Positions 50,801 to 63,000 of a stretch of 64,000 bases of DNA are shown here, one piece after another. Position numbers and translations under genes: made by a program. The DNA comes from Lama guanicoe (taxonomy: Eukaryota). The stretch covers positions 109,562-173,561 of the forward strand of contig MU053416.1 of NCBI GenBank assembly GCA_013239625.1, in the 5' to 3' direction. Each line of letters begins with the position of its first letter. Position 1 is the stretch's first letter. The notes beneath the pieces were generated by a model. It worked only from the letters and a program-made list of their open reading frames with translations. It ran no database searches and had not been told where the DNA came from.

Positions 50801-53240
50801 CCTAGTGCCGGTTTGAAGATCATGCAGCTTACACTGTAAAACCGAGTTTGGAAAATGTACCTCCCCCTATATATTTATGCAGTGTAATTTCCCACTGAAA
50901 AGAATCTTTGTGTTCCCAAAATGCTAGGTGATTGATGGCTTTCACACAGACTGAACTCTCAGAATTGAGCATGTGGAGAGACGTTCGTTCATCTAGCATA
51001 ATGGGATGTGTTGCAGTAGAAACACTTACTCTGGTTTCTCATTATGTTCCTAGTGCCGGTGTGAAGTTCATGTAGTTTTCACTGTAAAAATGACTTGGAG
51101 CTAGTATCTTCCCATATATATGTATGTAGTGTTGTTTGCCAGGCAAAAGAAACTGTGTTTTCCCTAAAAGCTTACTAATAGATTACATTCGCACACATTC
51201 AACTCTCAGATATGAGGTTGTGGATAGACGTTCGTTCAAATAGGATGAAGGGAATGGGTTGAAATAGAAACACTTACTCTAGTTTCTCAGTATCTTTCCT
51301 CGTTCCGGTTTGATGTTCATGCAGTTTTCACCGTAAAACAGAGTTGGGGCTTGTACTTCCCCATATGCATGTATGTAGGTGAATTCCTAACTAAAGAGAA
51401 ACTGTGTTTTCCCAAATAGATATGTGATTGACAGCTTTCACACACATTCATCCCTCTGAATTGAGGATGTGGAGAGGCGTTTGTCCATTTAGCATAAAGG
51501 GAATGGGGAGCAGTAGAAAGGATTACTCTGATTTCTCAGTATGTTTACTACTGCCGGTTTTAAGTTCATGAAATTTTCAGTGTAAAAACTAGTTGGAGCT
51601 GGTACCTCCCCCCCCATATATATATGTGTAATGCAGCTCCCCACTCAAAACAAACTCTGTGTTCCCTACAAGCTAAGTGATACTTGGCTTCCGCCTGCAT
51701 TCACTCTCAGACCTGAGCATTTGGAGAGGCGTTCGTTCATCTAGCATAAAGGGATTGAGTTGCAGTAGAAACACTTACTCTGGTTTCTCAGTATGTTTCC
51801 AAGTGGCAGGTGAAGTTCATGCATTTATCACTGTAAAAACGAGCTGGAGCTAGTACCTCCCCATATATATGCATGTAGTGTAGTTCCCCACTCAAAAAAA
51901 TGTTTGTTTCCAACAAGCTAGGTGACTGTCGGCTTTCACGCACACTTGACTCTCAGAATTGAGCATTTGGAGAGACATTCGTTCATCTAGCATAAGAATA
52001 GGTAGCAGTATAAACACATATACTGGCTTTTGCGTATGTTTCCTAGTGCCGGTAAAGTTCCTGCAGATTTTACTGTAAAACCGAGTTGGAGCTAGGACCT
52101 CCCCATATATATGTATGTAGTTTTGTCCCCCACTGAAAGGAAACTTTGTGTTCCCTACAAGCTAACTGACAGATGGCTTTTGCACACACTCAACTCTCAG
52201 AACTTAGCATGGGGAGAGGCGTTCGTTCATCTAGTATGAAGGGAATAGGTTGCTGTAGAAACACTTACTCTGGTTTCTCAGTATTTTTCCGTGGGCGAGT
52301 TTGAAGTTCATGCCGCTTTCTCTGTAAAACCGAGGTGGAGCTTGTACTTCCTCATATATATGTATGTATGTAGTTTCACACTTAAAAGAAACTGTGTTCC
52401 CAACAAGCTAGGTAATTTTCGGCGTTGACACACACTTAACTCTCAGAATTGAGCATGTGGTAATACATCCGTTCATCTAGCATAAACGGAATGGGTTGCA
52501 GTATAAACACTTACTCTGGGTTGTCAGTATGTTTCCTAGTGCTGGTTTGAATTTCATACACTTTTCAGTGTAAAACCGAATTGGAGCTTGTACCTCCCAT
52601 TATATATGTATGTAGTGTAGTTTCCCACTGAAAAGAAACTGTGTGTTCCCAACATTCTATGTGATTGGCGTCTTTCACACACACATAACTCTCAGTAATT
52701 ATCATGTGGAGAGACGTTCGGTCATATAGTAGGAAGAGAAAAGTTTCCAGTAGAAACACTTACTCTGGTTTCCCAGTATGTTTCCTAGTGCCGGTTTGAA
52801 GTTTATGCAGTTTTCTCTGTAAAACCCAGTTGGAGATAGTACCTCCCCATATATATATATATATGTAGAGAATTTTCCAACTGAAAAGAAACTGTGTGTT
52901 CCCGTCAAGCTAGTTGATTGACGGCTTTCAGACACACTTAACTCTCAGAATTGAGCACGTGGAGAGACGTTCGTTCATCTAGCATAAATAGAATAGGTAG
53001 CACTAGAAACTCTTACTCAGGTTTCTTAGTATGTTTAATAGTGCCATTTTGAAGTTTATGCAGTTTTCACTGTAAAACTTCGTTGGAGATAGTACATCCC
53101 CATATATGTTTATGTAATGTAGTTTCCCACTGAAAAGTAACTTTGTGTTCTCAACAAGCTATGTGATTTGCTTTCACACATATTCAACTCTGAGATTTGA
53201 TTATGTTGAGAAACGTTCATTCATCTAGCATAAACTGAAT
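47879..53240 (+). repeat. Satellite DNA array, ~248-bp monomer, ~22 diverged copies
   Basis: Anchor catctagcata-like recurs at ~48059, 48306, 48532, 48780, 49031, 49271, 49519, 49767, 50000, 50244, 50493, 50744, 50990, 51237, 51486, 51738, 51984, 52228, 52474, 52723, 52976 and 53222 (spacing 226-253, mostly 244-252). Confidence 0.97.
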
Positions 53241-53260
53241 GTGAAAGCAGTGATCATGGC
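53240..53260 (-). pseudogene. ANO6: First 7 codons of an ANO6 exon, truncated by the satellite
   Basis: Acceptor tttttctaccagcacag, then GCC ATG ATC ACT GCT TTC ACA = AMITAFT. Recalled ANO6 continues VVTN|AMIIAFTSDMIPRL. It is a phase-0 join to the exon at 57750. Confidence 0.8.
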
Positions 53261-54505
53261 CTGTGCTGGTAGAAAAACATTACAGGGAGCATTAATTTAG
53301 AGCTTTTATTTTTATTGTCATCAGACATGTCAGAATTTCTTTTTCAGCAGTTGATTTCGTTCTTTTAAGCTTCAGAAAACTTAAGTCTTTCCTGTAACTG
53401 GATATAGATAGTGAATGTCTTAAAGTCTTTGAGCAATTGCTTTAAAGTAGAATAGTTACTTTGCTTTTGGTCTTTAACCTAAAGGAATTTCCAGAAGTCC
53501 AGTGGCAGTTCAAAAGCAAGGGCCTGAATCTTGCCTATTACATTTTTTAATTGAGTACGAATAACTGTATAGTAAGGTACTGTGGTTAACTCAAGAGCTG
53601 CTCGGATATGTTATATGTAAGTTATATTTTCAAAAATTATAAATATCATGAAATTCAATCAACCTTGGAGATCTATTTGGTATAATTTATTCTTTAATAA
53701 TGTAGATTAAGATAGCCCTTTGTTTATGTAACACTTATGAAAATAAGTTGGCTTTATATAACTCCTTTTTTGATAAATGATTTAAAAATTGTTTTTTTAA
53801 CATTTGCTTCTTAAAAATAGGATATTAATTGCACAATATATATTTTCCTTCACTTTTTTTCTCTATACTATCTTGACTTTTTAGATAAGTTTTCCCATAG
53901 TCTGATTTATTTTAAACACTCAGTATGTGCTTCTGTCTGTTGCTTTATTAGAGAGCAAGAATTCTTTATTATTTTTAATAAAATATACTAGCAGGAAACT
54001 ATACTGGGTTTCTTTCATTCACAGAATCAAGCAATGATACCTGTTTTGTTAGATCAATTGTCTAAGCCTCTCAACTTCCAATAGATTACGTGGACAAAGT
54101 TAAAAACGTGATAAATGATCGACTAACAGTTTATTTTGTTCCTTGATTAAAAGTATAAAAATGGGTCAGTCTTAAATTCGGATGTAAAGCTCTTATGAAT
54201 TACATGAGTCTTCTCCAAAATTCTTTAATTTGGGCTTTAAATCCTCCAGTAAAAGACTGATTTGAAGGAAGAAGAAAGTCGAGAATAGATTCAATTCAAA
54301 TTCTATGGGAATAAACAAAGCTAAATGTTTCAGTCATTTTTTGAAACAGAAGAGATATGTTTTCTTCACTATATGATTTTAATAGTATTCATCTGAACAT
54401 ATGGTTTAGACACCATGAGACCACAAGCCAACAAACAAGATCTCAGGCAGAGCAAGAAAAACAACTGAGGGGATTTTCTACTGCAAAATTTTGCCTAACT
54501 AGATC

Positions 54506-55029
54506 TGTAATAGAGAACAAATCTGACACCATATTGGATCTGTTCCTTTAGTTTGAAGCACTGTGCCCTGTTTTCCAGGCTTAATCTTGCTGGCTCTGCA
54601 CCTTTTGTAAAACAACGTTGCCTTTAGCCTAAAACCTACAGGAAAGCCTATTCTCAGGGCTCTGACCTTTAAGGATGTTAGCACTTCTGCTTTTATGCAG
54701 AGATGGCAAGTTACAAAATAGAGAATAACCTTTGTTTTGTTGGAGGCTTACAGGGACACCACAGCCTGACCCACATGGATGGCTGCAAGAACAAAGAATG
54801 CCTGCAGCAAGAAGTTTGCACAACCAACCACACCCCCTCCCCTTTTTAGCTTAAAAGGAGCCTGAATTCTGACTTGGGCAAGATGATTCTCCAGGACATT
54901 AGTCCCCCATATTCTTGGTCTGCCAGCTTTCTGAATAAAGTTACTATTCCTTGCCCCCAAACCTTGTCTCCTGATTTATTTATTTATCACTGTTGTGCAG
55001 TGAACAGAACAAATTTAGCCTCAGTAACA
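54506..55029 (+). mobile_element. ERV solo LTR (524 bp, probably class I) in the ANO6-derived intron
   Basis: TGTAA...TAACA termini, internal AATAAA (~54934), and a 4-bp TSD with one mismatch (gatc / gaac). Confidence 0.85.
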
Positions 55030-55087
55030 GAACCAGCTTTGTCATTCCCTCTGATGTGAAATCTCTCTGGGTGTACACGTGCTTGCC

Positions 55088-55121
55088 TGGTGGTGGTGGT
55101 GCTGGTGGTCGTGGTGGTGGT
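55088..55121. repeat. (GGT)n microsatellite
   Basis: tggtggtggtggtgctggtggtcgtggtggtggt. Confidence 0.9.
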
Positions 55122-57749
55122 AGGCAAAAATATTTCACTTCTCCTAATTTCAATAGGCTAAAATTTCCTGCTATATAAGTCAACTCTAGACTTTTACAGA
55201 ATCACCTGCAAATGTGCTTCTGGAAGCTACAAAAATTCCAACAATGAAAATAAATCTATTGTCTCCAGACATGTTACTTTTCCTGAAAACTGAGCAGCTC
55301 TGAGACACACTTCAGGAGTACAGATAGTTGCAGTGTGCTTCATTTCCCATGCTGTTCCGACACAATTTTCCACTTATATCAAAGTAAATTGAAATCGGTC
55401 CTCAATAGCAGATGCTCTGGCATGATACAACAATGTCAGTTCCACTTATTTATTGAGTCAGAGCAGCTTTAGAATAAATGATTTTATAGCAAACTCCTGC
55501 TTGATATCCTATCTTCTCCCTGGTGGCTAATTCCTTCTTCTTACTTCCTAAAATTTCTCCTGTTATGGGAAGTTAGCCTTTACTGTGCACTTTCAATTGG
55601 GAAGGCACAAATTAAATATGTGAGGGGTTGACATGCATATTTATTTCTTAATCATACATATATACAAGCACACAGGACCTGTGTCTTGGAAGATGTCACT
55701 TCCTAATGAGGGCAAGAGGGTGGTCTATAGTTCAATCAATGATCTAAAAGCAGTTTTCTAGGATATAATAAATCATTGCTTGAGTTATAAGACAGAACAA
55801 CCCCTGGATATGAATCAGTGGCACCAATCAGTTGGTGCACATGTGTGCACACACACGCCCATGCACACGGAGCAGCCTTGGAGACACTCCATCTGTGCTG
55901 ATGGAGCAAAGTCATGCTGGGGAGATGAGGAAAAAGTGCCTAATACAATCAAACCAGGACACCTGAGGAATGGGTAATAGGAGTCAATTGAATTTTCTGG
56001 TTAGCTGAAGGTCAAACAAAAACACTTTTAGTTTCAAATGTCATTTCTAAACATTTTCTTTAAGCACAGGATCCTGTTTTCCTGCCTTGCTCAGTGTCAT
56101 ATGGCATATTAAACATGACAGATTCATACTTCTCTGACTGTGGAACGGGAAAGGCCTTGCTGCCATATTTCTGAACATTAGTCTATGTTTTGCAGCACAG
56201 TGGATACTGAAAATGAGGCAATTTGAGTGAATGGGAATGGACATAACCTAGCAGTCACTGACTGTGTGTGATTTGCCAACTTTCTCCAAAAAGTAGGGGT
56301 AGCAAGCAAATCAGATAAATTGAGGGTTCTTGGGGTGGGGAGTCGTGTGGGCTGACAGCTGGGTGGTCCCAGGTAGCTTGTTTTACTGTGTAAAATTGTG
56401 ACAATGATCCAGACAATGACATATTGTCAAATTCTTGTGCCTGTAGCTTTGATACCTGGCCAAGTCTGTGCAGCCAATTTTATCAATGGTGCATAATGAA
56501 GATAACTAACATTCCCTGAGGACCACGTTGTGTGACTTGCATGCATTGACTCATGAATTCCCTAAGCACCCTTTGTGGTACATAACAGTCTTAAAATATG
56601 CATTAGGGAATTATTCTGTTTGCAGGTGATAAAAATGAAGCTCTGAACTGTTGAAGCCTGGCCCGAAATCATGCAGATGGGAAGACACCGTGCTGGGAGC
56701 TAAGCTCTGGCCAGACTACAGAACCTGAAGGGCCCAGCAAGTCCCCTCACCCAGGAACCTGGCCCACAGCCACTGTCAGGCCCTGTTCTATTTCTATGAG
56801 TGCTCATAGGAAAATGCCAGATACTCAGGGTCAATGTGACTTGATTAAGAAATTCAAACTGGGATAGCCTTTTGTTGGGGACTGTAACCTGGGAGTGAAG
56901 CTGGCAGTGAAGTAAGGGAGGAAACAGCCCTGGTTGTAAGAATATTTCTAGGGAAGAAGGTTCCCTGATGGGCTGGCATGGGAACCTCTGTGGTTGTGAG
57001 CCCCCTGTTGCACTGTGGGGGTGTGGGCAGGGAAGGAGAGAGACTGTTCAGACTGGTCATAGTCACTACAGTTTGTAAACAGCTGAGTTCTTTTCCCTCA
57101 CAGCTCAGACACATGCAGGACATGAGGATGCTTAGCTAATGACCAACAGTGGGTAGCAAAGGCCAAGAGTGGGGTGGGGAGGAGAGATGGGACCACCTCC
57201 TGGAAGAACATCTGCCCCAGGGGACCAGGAAGGTAATGAATGATTGGGGATGCACAAAGTGTTTATATGGCCTCATCAGGTAGTTCCTACTTTAAACTGA
57301 GAGTCTGGAATATATGGTAAAACACGGTGGAATGACTGCTCTTATTTTAGGTTCTACAAACTCTTAAACGGATAGATTTCTATCTCCATTATGCAAGCAC
57401 TGCTGGGTAACCTTTATAGTCATGTGAGGATCAAAAGAGTGAGTACTTATTAATACTATTATACTTATTAATTACCATACTTCTACTGAATTAACACTTC
57501 AGCAACAGTATAATGGCCACACTTCTTAACAACTGCCTCTGTAAGAGCTCTTGTAAGTCACAAATAATAATTATAAAGAAAACATATTAAAAATAATAAC
57601 AATTACAGTTACAACAACTATGTTGTTTATAACAATGATAGTGTTAGCATCTCCCTCTCATATTAAGTAACACTGGATTCCTTAGGAAGCAATACCAATG
57701 CATTTTTGGACTCTTCAAGGTCTTCACTCCATGAAGCCTTTTTACTCAC

Positions 57750-57956
57750 ATTGGTCCACTAAAGCCAGAATTGCTGTCCCTTGCATGGTGGGCTGCCAAG
57801 CTGCGATGTCCTGGGCTTTTTCTGGCACCATGCGTCTATACTGGGTAGTCAAGTTTCCACGTACCCACTCTGATTTCCAATATATTGTTCTCCAGAACCA
57901 ACAGAGGGGCCACTGGAAAGAGGCTACAAATAAGGTGGTGAACCCAAACTGAATAC
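57750..57956 (-). pseudogene. ANO6: ANO6 (TMEM16F) pseudo-exon, transmembrane region
   Basis: Acceptor tccattccttcaacag, donor AT|gtgagt. Reads IQFGFTTLFVAS / PVAPLLVLENNILEIRVGTWKL / TTQYRRMVPEKAQDIAAWQPTMQGTAILALV across frameshifts. VPEKAQDIxAWQP points to ANO6 among anoctamins as I recall them. Length is 207 nt versus 206 expected. Confidence 0.9.
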
Positions 57957-59329
57957 CTGTTGAAGGAATGGACACACTACATGGAGTGGTGGATGGATGG
58001 AAGGACAACATAAATTCCTTTACTCCTGTAAAGAGAGAGGGGCAAATGGTGAACTAAATCCCAAAGAGAAAAGACATTCACAGTAATAATAATGTTCAAC
58101 AGTGAAAGAATCCAAACAAAAGGCAAATATAAAATCTCTGGGAAGAAGACTAATTACAACCTGTTTCTTTCATGTATATACCCTTAGTAGGAATAACATA
58201 CTTAAAAATCTTTAACCAACCATAGTTATTTGCTGGTAATAAACTTGGGAATCTTGAAGCATATTATTCACTCTCTGTGTTGAAAAATACAATCTTGAAA
58301 GATGATTTGTAATTGAGTATTAAAAAAAGAATATTGTGGATGTATCTAACAATTTAAATAGAAATAAGGAATGTACCTTTGGGAAAGCTCTGCATAGAGA
58401 ATGTTGGAGGAAATATGCTGCAAACAGGCAAGTGAGCAAGCTCCCTTGAGTCTGGGAAGGTGAGTGCAGCACATCCAGATGGTCTATGAAGTTATTACAA
58501 GTCACAGAAAGGTATGCAATTAAAGTGCCTTCATAAGCAAAATATCCTTCTTCAGGAATTTTTATCTTGATATTTCTATGGTCTGTGTGGTCATAGGAAG
58601 TCAAAATTATGGTGGTGGCTTAGAAGTTCTTTTCTCTCTGTCTGTAATTTACAGGGCATTGCTACAGATGGGGCAGCAGAGACCTTTGGTAAGCTGTTCC
58701 ATGGGGTGGGGGAGTGGTTAGAAATTATAAGGCCAGAGATCTAAAAGACTTTTAGACCCTCCCCTCCTACCTGGCAGACCTTTAAAGTAAACTAGCACAG
58801 GTATGTAACTAAGACAGTGGATGAGAGGCAAATTTATAGTCCCTTTAGTGTTACTGCTCAGTCAATGGGTAGGGACCACTCTGGCCAGGAACGGCAAGAC
58901 CTTGGATGGGGTGGATGGGTAGGAGAAGCTGACATTTGCTTCTGACCTGAGAGGCAGGGGTGTGTTGCAGAAAAGCAGACAGTGCTGGAAAGTTGTAACA
59001 TGTCCACTGCCCAAAAGGAGCTGTCATATTCAGTGAGGTCAGAGAGCAAGAACCAGAGTTAGTGACACCACAGAGTCAGCAGCGTGGCAGCAGTGATGTC
59101 AGTATCTGTGTCCATAACCCACCTAACCCTACATGAACTCATCTTCCTACAGGGGGCAGGTAAGTAGCAGAAATGTGTGGAGCGGTTGCAGCCACAGGCA
59201 AATTGGCAAGTGGACATCCTAATGAAACGCACTGCTCACAGTCACCATATTGGAAAGATGGCCCCGCACTGTCAGATCTTCTTATTCAAGAGAAGCCAGA
59301 AATTAAGACTTTATTAGCAATCAACCCAA

Positions 59330-60050
59330 TTCTAAACCCAGAAAAGATATCATTTATAATGACAACAAAGGCATAGACTATTCAGAAATAAATTATTGAA
59401 AAATGTTAAGATGATTCTGATAAATGACTTACAAAAAGAAAAAAAAATGATGATTGAATGAACAGTAGGATGCACCATCCTCTTCAGTGGGCAGACTCAA
59501 GTTTGGGGGACATAGAACATTTTTTCTCTAAAATAAATTTTGAATCTGAATGCAAATTTAGTTAATAATCCCAAATGGATTTAAGAAAAAAATCTGAAAG
59601 GTGATCCTAAAGTTCTTCCAGAAATATATACAAATGAAATAATGAGGAGGGATGTTTGAATTTGTAGTATTAGGGACATTCTGGAAAAGGTTAAAATAGA
59701 AACAACTCTAGGAGGTATTAACCTATGGTCATGGAAACAGTATAGAAATAGTGCACTGAGATTATGAATGAAATAGAATACATTTCAAGAATAGAGATGG
59801 ATATTTATGAGATTTTATTAACATTATAAAACTGACACTTCAAATCAGTGGATTCAAGTACTGGAGTAATTAGCTAAATCATTGGAAGAGCTGGTACAGT
59901 GTCCTAACTTTTGACATTAAAATAAATTCCAGATAATTTTTTAATTAAAAAATAAAACACCAGAAATAACCCAACATGATTTAATCTGTTCAGATACTCA
60001 AGCGAGAAGAACTTTCTAAAAAGCTTTTGGAAAAAAGACCAACAACAGCA
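59330..60050 (+). mobile_element. Ancient L1 ORF2 3'-region remnant
   Basis: A-rich with decayed L1 phrases (tgatcctaaagttc, caaatcagtgga, aaaataaattccagat) and no ORF. Confidence 0.5.
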
Positions 60051-63000
60051 AAGGCCTAGCAACTCAGCAAGGCCAGCAACGCCCTCTGTAAAACAAAACT
60101 CTCACCTGACCCTCTCTCACAGCCCTGTGTTGCTCTCTGATACGTTCTATACTTTCTTCTTCCCTTTAAAGTCCAGTTTCTTGGAGAAGTGCCTGCGCTG
60201 ATGACTCCTCCAGGGCTCAGAGCCCTGCATCCCCCACGGCCCTCACCACGGCACTGAGACAGGAGTTGCACTGCCGGTGGCTGCGTGTTTCAAACCAGTG
60301 GGCATTTTCAGCTCCTGTTTATTTGATTACCTGGTAGCTTTTGCCGTGGACAAATATTTTCCTCTCAGTGGAATGTTTTCCCCCCTTAATTTTTGTTTTA
60401 CTTAAATAAATTTCAAAAGCCCAGGCAGAAAATTGTGTGTGCCCATATGCACACACACAGATACACACAGTGTTTTTTAAAGGCTACCTAAGTATAGTCC
60501 TCCTCCTCCTTTCCCCCAGCCTTGGCAATTAAAGGTAGGCTTTAGCTCTTGCTTTTTTGCCCCCCACACCCCCTTTTCTCACTCTGCTCCTTTTAGTCAG
60601 TGTTCAAATCCCTCTTAAGCCAGGTTACAGCCTTCTCTGTGTTGCCTCAACTAGTTTTCTCCCAAATGCTCTGCTATTCTTCTTTCTCTTGGTGGATTTC
60701 TCTTCTCCCATTAGCCATCTACATGGCCCTTTTCCCCAGGGCCTCATCTTCAATCCTCCGCCTGGAAGGACTGAATCGCCCCCATGGCCTCACCCACAGC
60801 TCCTCTGAGCTCCTGACTGGTGAATCCAGCTAACAACGGACATCACCCCTCAGATGTCCCATAGACATTTTGCACTCAAAATGCCACACACAGAACCATC
60901 TCCTTGAAACCAGCTCCTCCCCTTACGCTCCCCCTGCAGATCCGCTCTGTAGATGGGTCCCTGGAAAGTCACCTCAGCAGCTCTGCGGCCCGCCGCCCCG
61001 GCCCTGCAGTCCCCTCTGAAGCAGTCACCACTTCTGCCGCCCATGTCTCTATCCCTCTGCACAGGGCCTCTCTGCAGGCGGGTGCCACTTGTTGTCTGGG
61101 TTACCTGGGGTGGTCCCCGAAATATCCTTTCCCCCCAAAATATGGGCCTCCCCCCAAAAATAGTATCTTCCATTCTGCTGCCAGAATAACCAGATCTTCT
61201 TCAACATAAACATTATGAAATTCTCTTGCTTACAAATACTCCAATATAGCCCTGTTTCCTTAAGGATACATTCAAGTCTAAGCACACAAGACCCATCATG
61301 ACAGAGGCCTTGTGCACCTGATAACCCCACCTATGGATACTTTGTTTTAGCCCTACTTGTTGTTCTTCAGCCTGGCCAAGCTGCTTCATGCCATGTACCT
61401 GTATATGTCTCTACCTCTCTGCATGAAGTGTCCACTCCTTCTACCACAAATTAGAGAGCTAACTTCCTTTCACCTTTCAAAATTCAGTTCAAATATTTCC
61501 AGCTCTAGGAAGTCCAATTTGTGTTAACCTGCTTAGCAATCCATCAACTACTCGCCAAGCCTCGCCTGGCCTGGGGAGTGCAGACACCAAGTCTTACCTG
61601 TCTTGGTCTCCCCAGCAGTTGATACAGTGTTTGGCATAGCAGGTGCTCAATGTTTGTTGGATGGATAAATGAATGAATCAGTAAAGAGATGAGAGGTCTA
61701 CAATCCCCCCCAGTTACTCAGCTGCCATTTTGGAAAGTTCATTCTGCGGAGTTAAGGAAATGTCAGTGCAGGTGGTGGGCAGACAGAACAGAGGTGAGGG
61801 CGTAGGGGAGACAGGCCTGGTCCTGGAGAGTGCAGGAGAGGCGTGGGTATGATAGCACTGGAGAGAGAGGGAATGAAGGGGGTGGGTGCAAGGAGATGTT
61901 GAGAAACAACTGATATTAACTGTGGTAAATTAAATGGAGAACATAATATATGAAGGGAAGTTCAAGTTAACACAGCAAGGGTGGAAGAGGCAGTACCAGA
62001 GACAAAGAGCTCTCACTTCATCACTCACTGCATTTCACTTATGACACCCACCCTCTGGGAAGGCATCACCAAATTCTTGAGAGACTGGTGTTTGTGCTGT
62101 GGGTGCTCTAAGTACAAAATGGTATCTTATGGCTTCCAGATTTTAAGACTGATAGATTATTTCTCTTATGTCCAATGTCTGAGTTCTCAGACAGCAGGAT
62201 CATTCGCTGGTAGGGGGAGAGCTATTGTGGTTAACAACTCAGGGTTACTCTAATAATCTCAAAGGACAGTGGGGAATTCACTAAAACAAATAAAAGAGAA
62301 ATTTCACTCAGAAAAAACCATATGCCATATAGAACCTTGTAGGGGCTTTGGGGGCAATGTTACCACCAACTCATCTAACAGTTGTATGTGAGTGTGTTGA
62401 AACTCCGAGCTCAAGTCACTTAAACACGTATGAGAACCAGGGTCCAGGCTGTGGTGCTCTGGACATGGACGGGAAGCTGAAAAGCCTGACTACTGCCTCC
62501 GACAGGATCAGTCCAGCCAGGGAGAACAATGGACATGGACACGATCATGCACCATCAAGACAAGAATCAAGTACAATTCATGCCTAGACAGGAGAGCAGA
62601 TAATCTCTAAAAAGTGGAGGGGTCCCTGTCAAGGCTTGGCAAGAGTCCTTCCAGGCAGAAAAGCAGAGAAAGTTACTTCAGGCGAAGGAGACTAGGGTTG
62701 GTGGCTGGGTGCGAGGCCTAACGAAGCACAGGTGGAGGGCTCCAGGATCATCTGTCAGTAGCTCTTCCCCTTCAGCAGCTAAGACGCATAACTAAAAAGG
62801 CAGGTGGGGTGTCATTAATGATCATGGGGAAAACTGGGAGGAGGAAATTGAGGTCAGGATATCACAACCAAAGGCACTTTATTTTAGAGGAACAAAAATA
62901 ATTCAAAAAGCACTTGGAAATTCTACCTCCCATGAATGAAAAGAACTCAAAATAAGTTTCACTCCAGCATTGAATACAGAATAACAGACTGCCTACTCTC

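Noticed and set aside
47407..52935. Family of similar short ORFs (e.g. MCVKAVNHL...) as a tandem peptide gene cluster
   Set aside because: They are translations of satellite monomers, with stops and frameshifts that vary from copy to copy.
47879..53240. Regularly spaced repeats as a CRISPR-like array
   Set aside because: The whole ~248-bp unit repeats with no unique spacers, there are no cas genes, and the context is mammalian.
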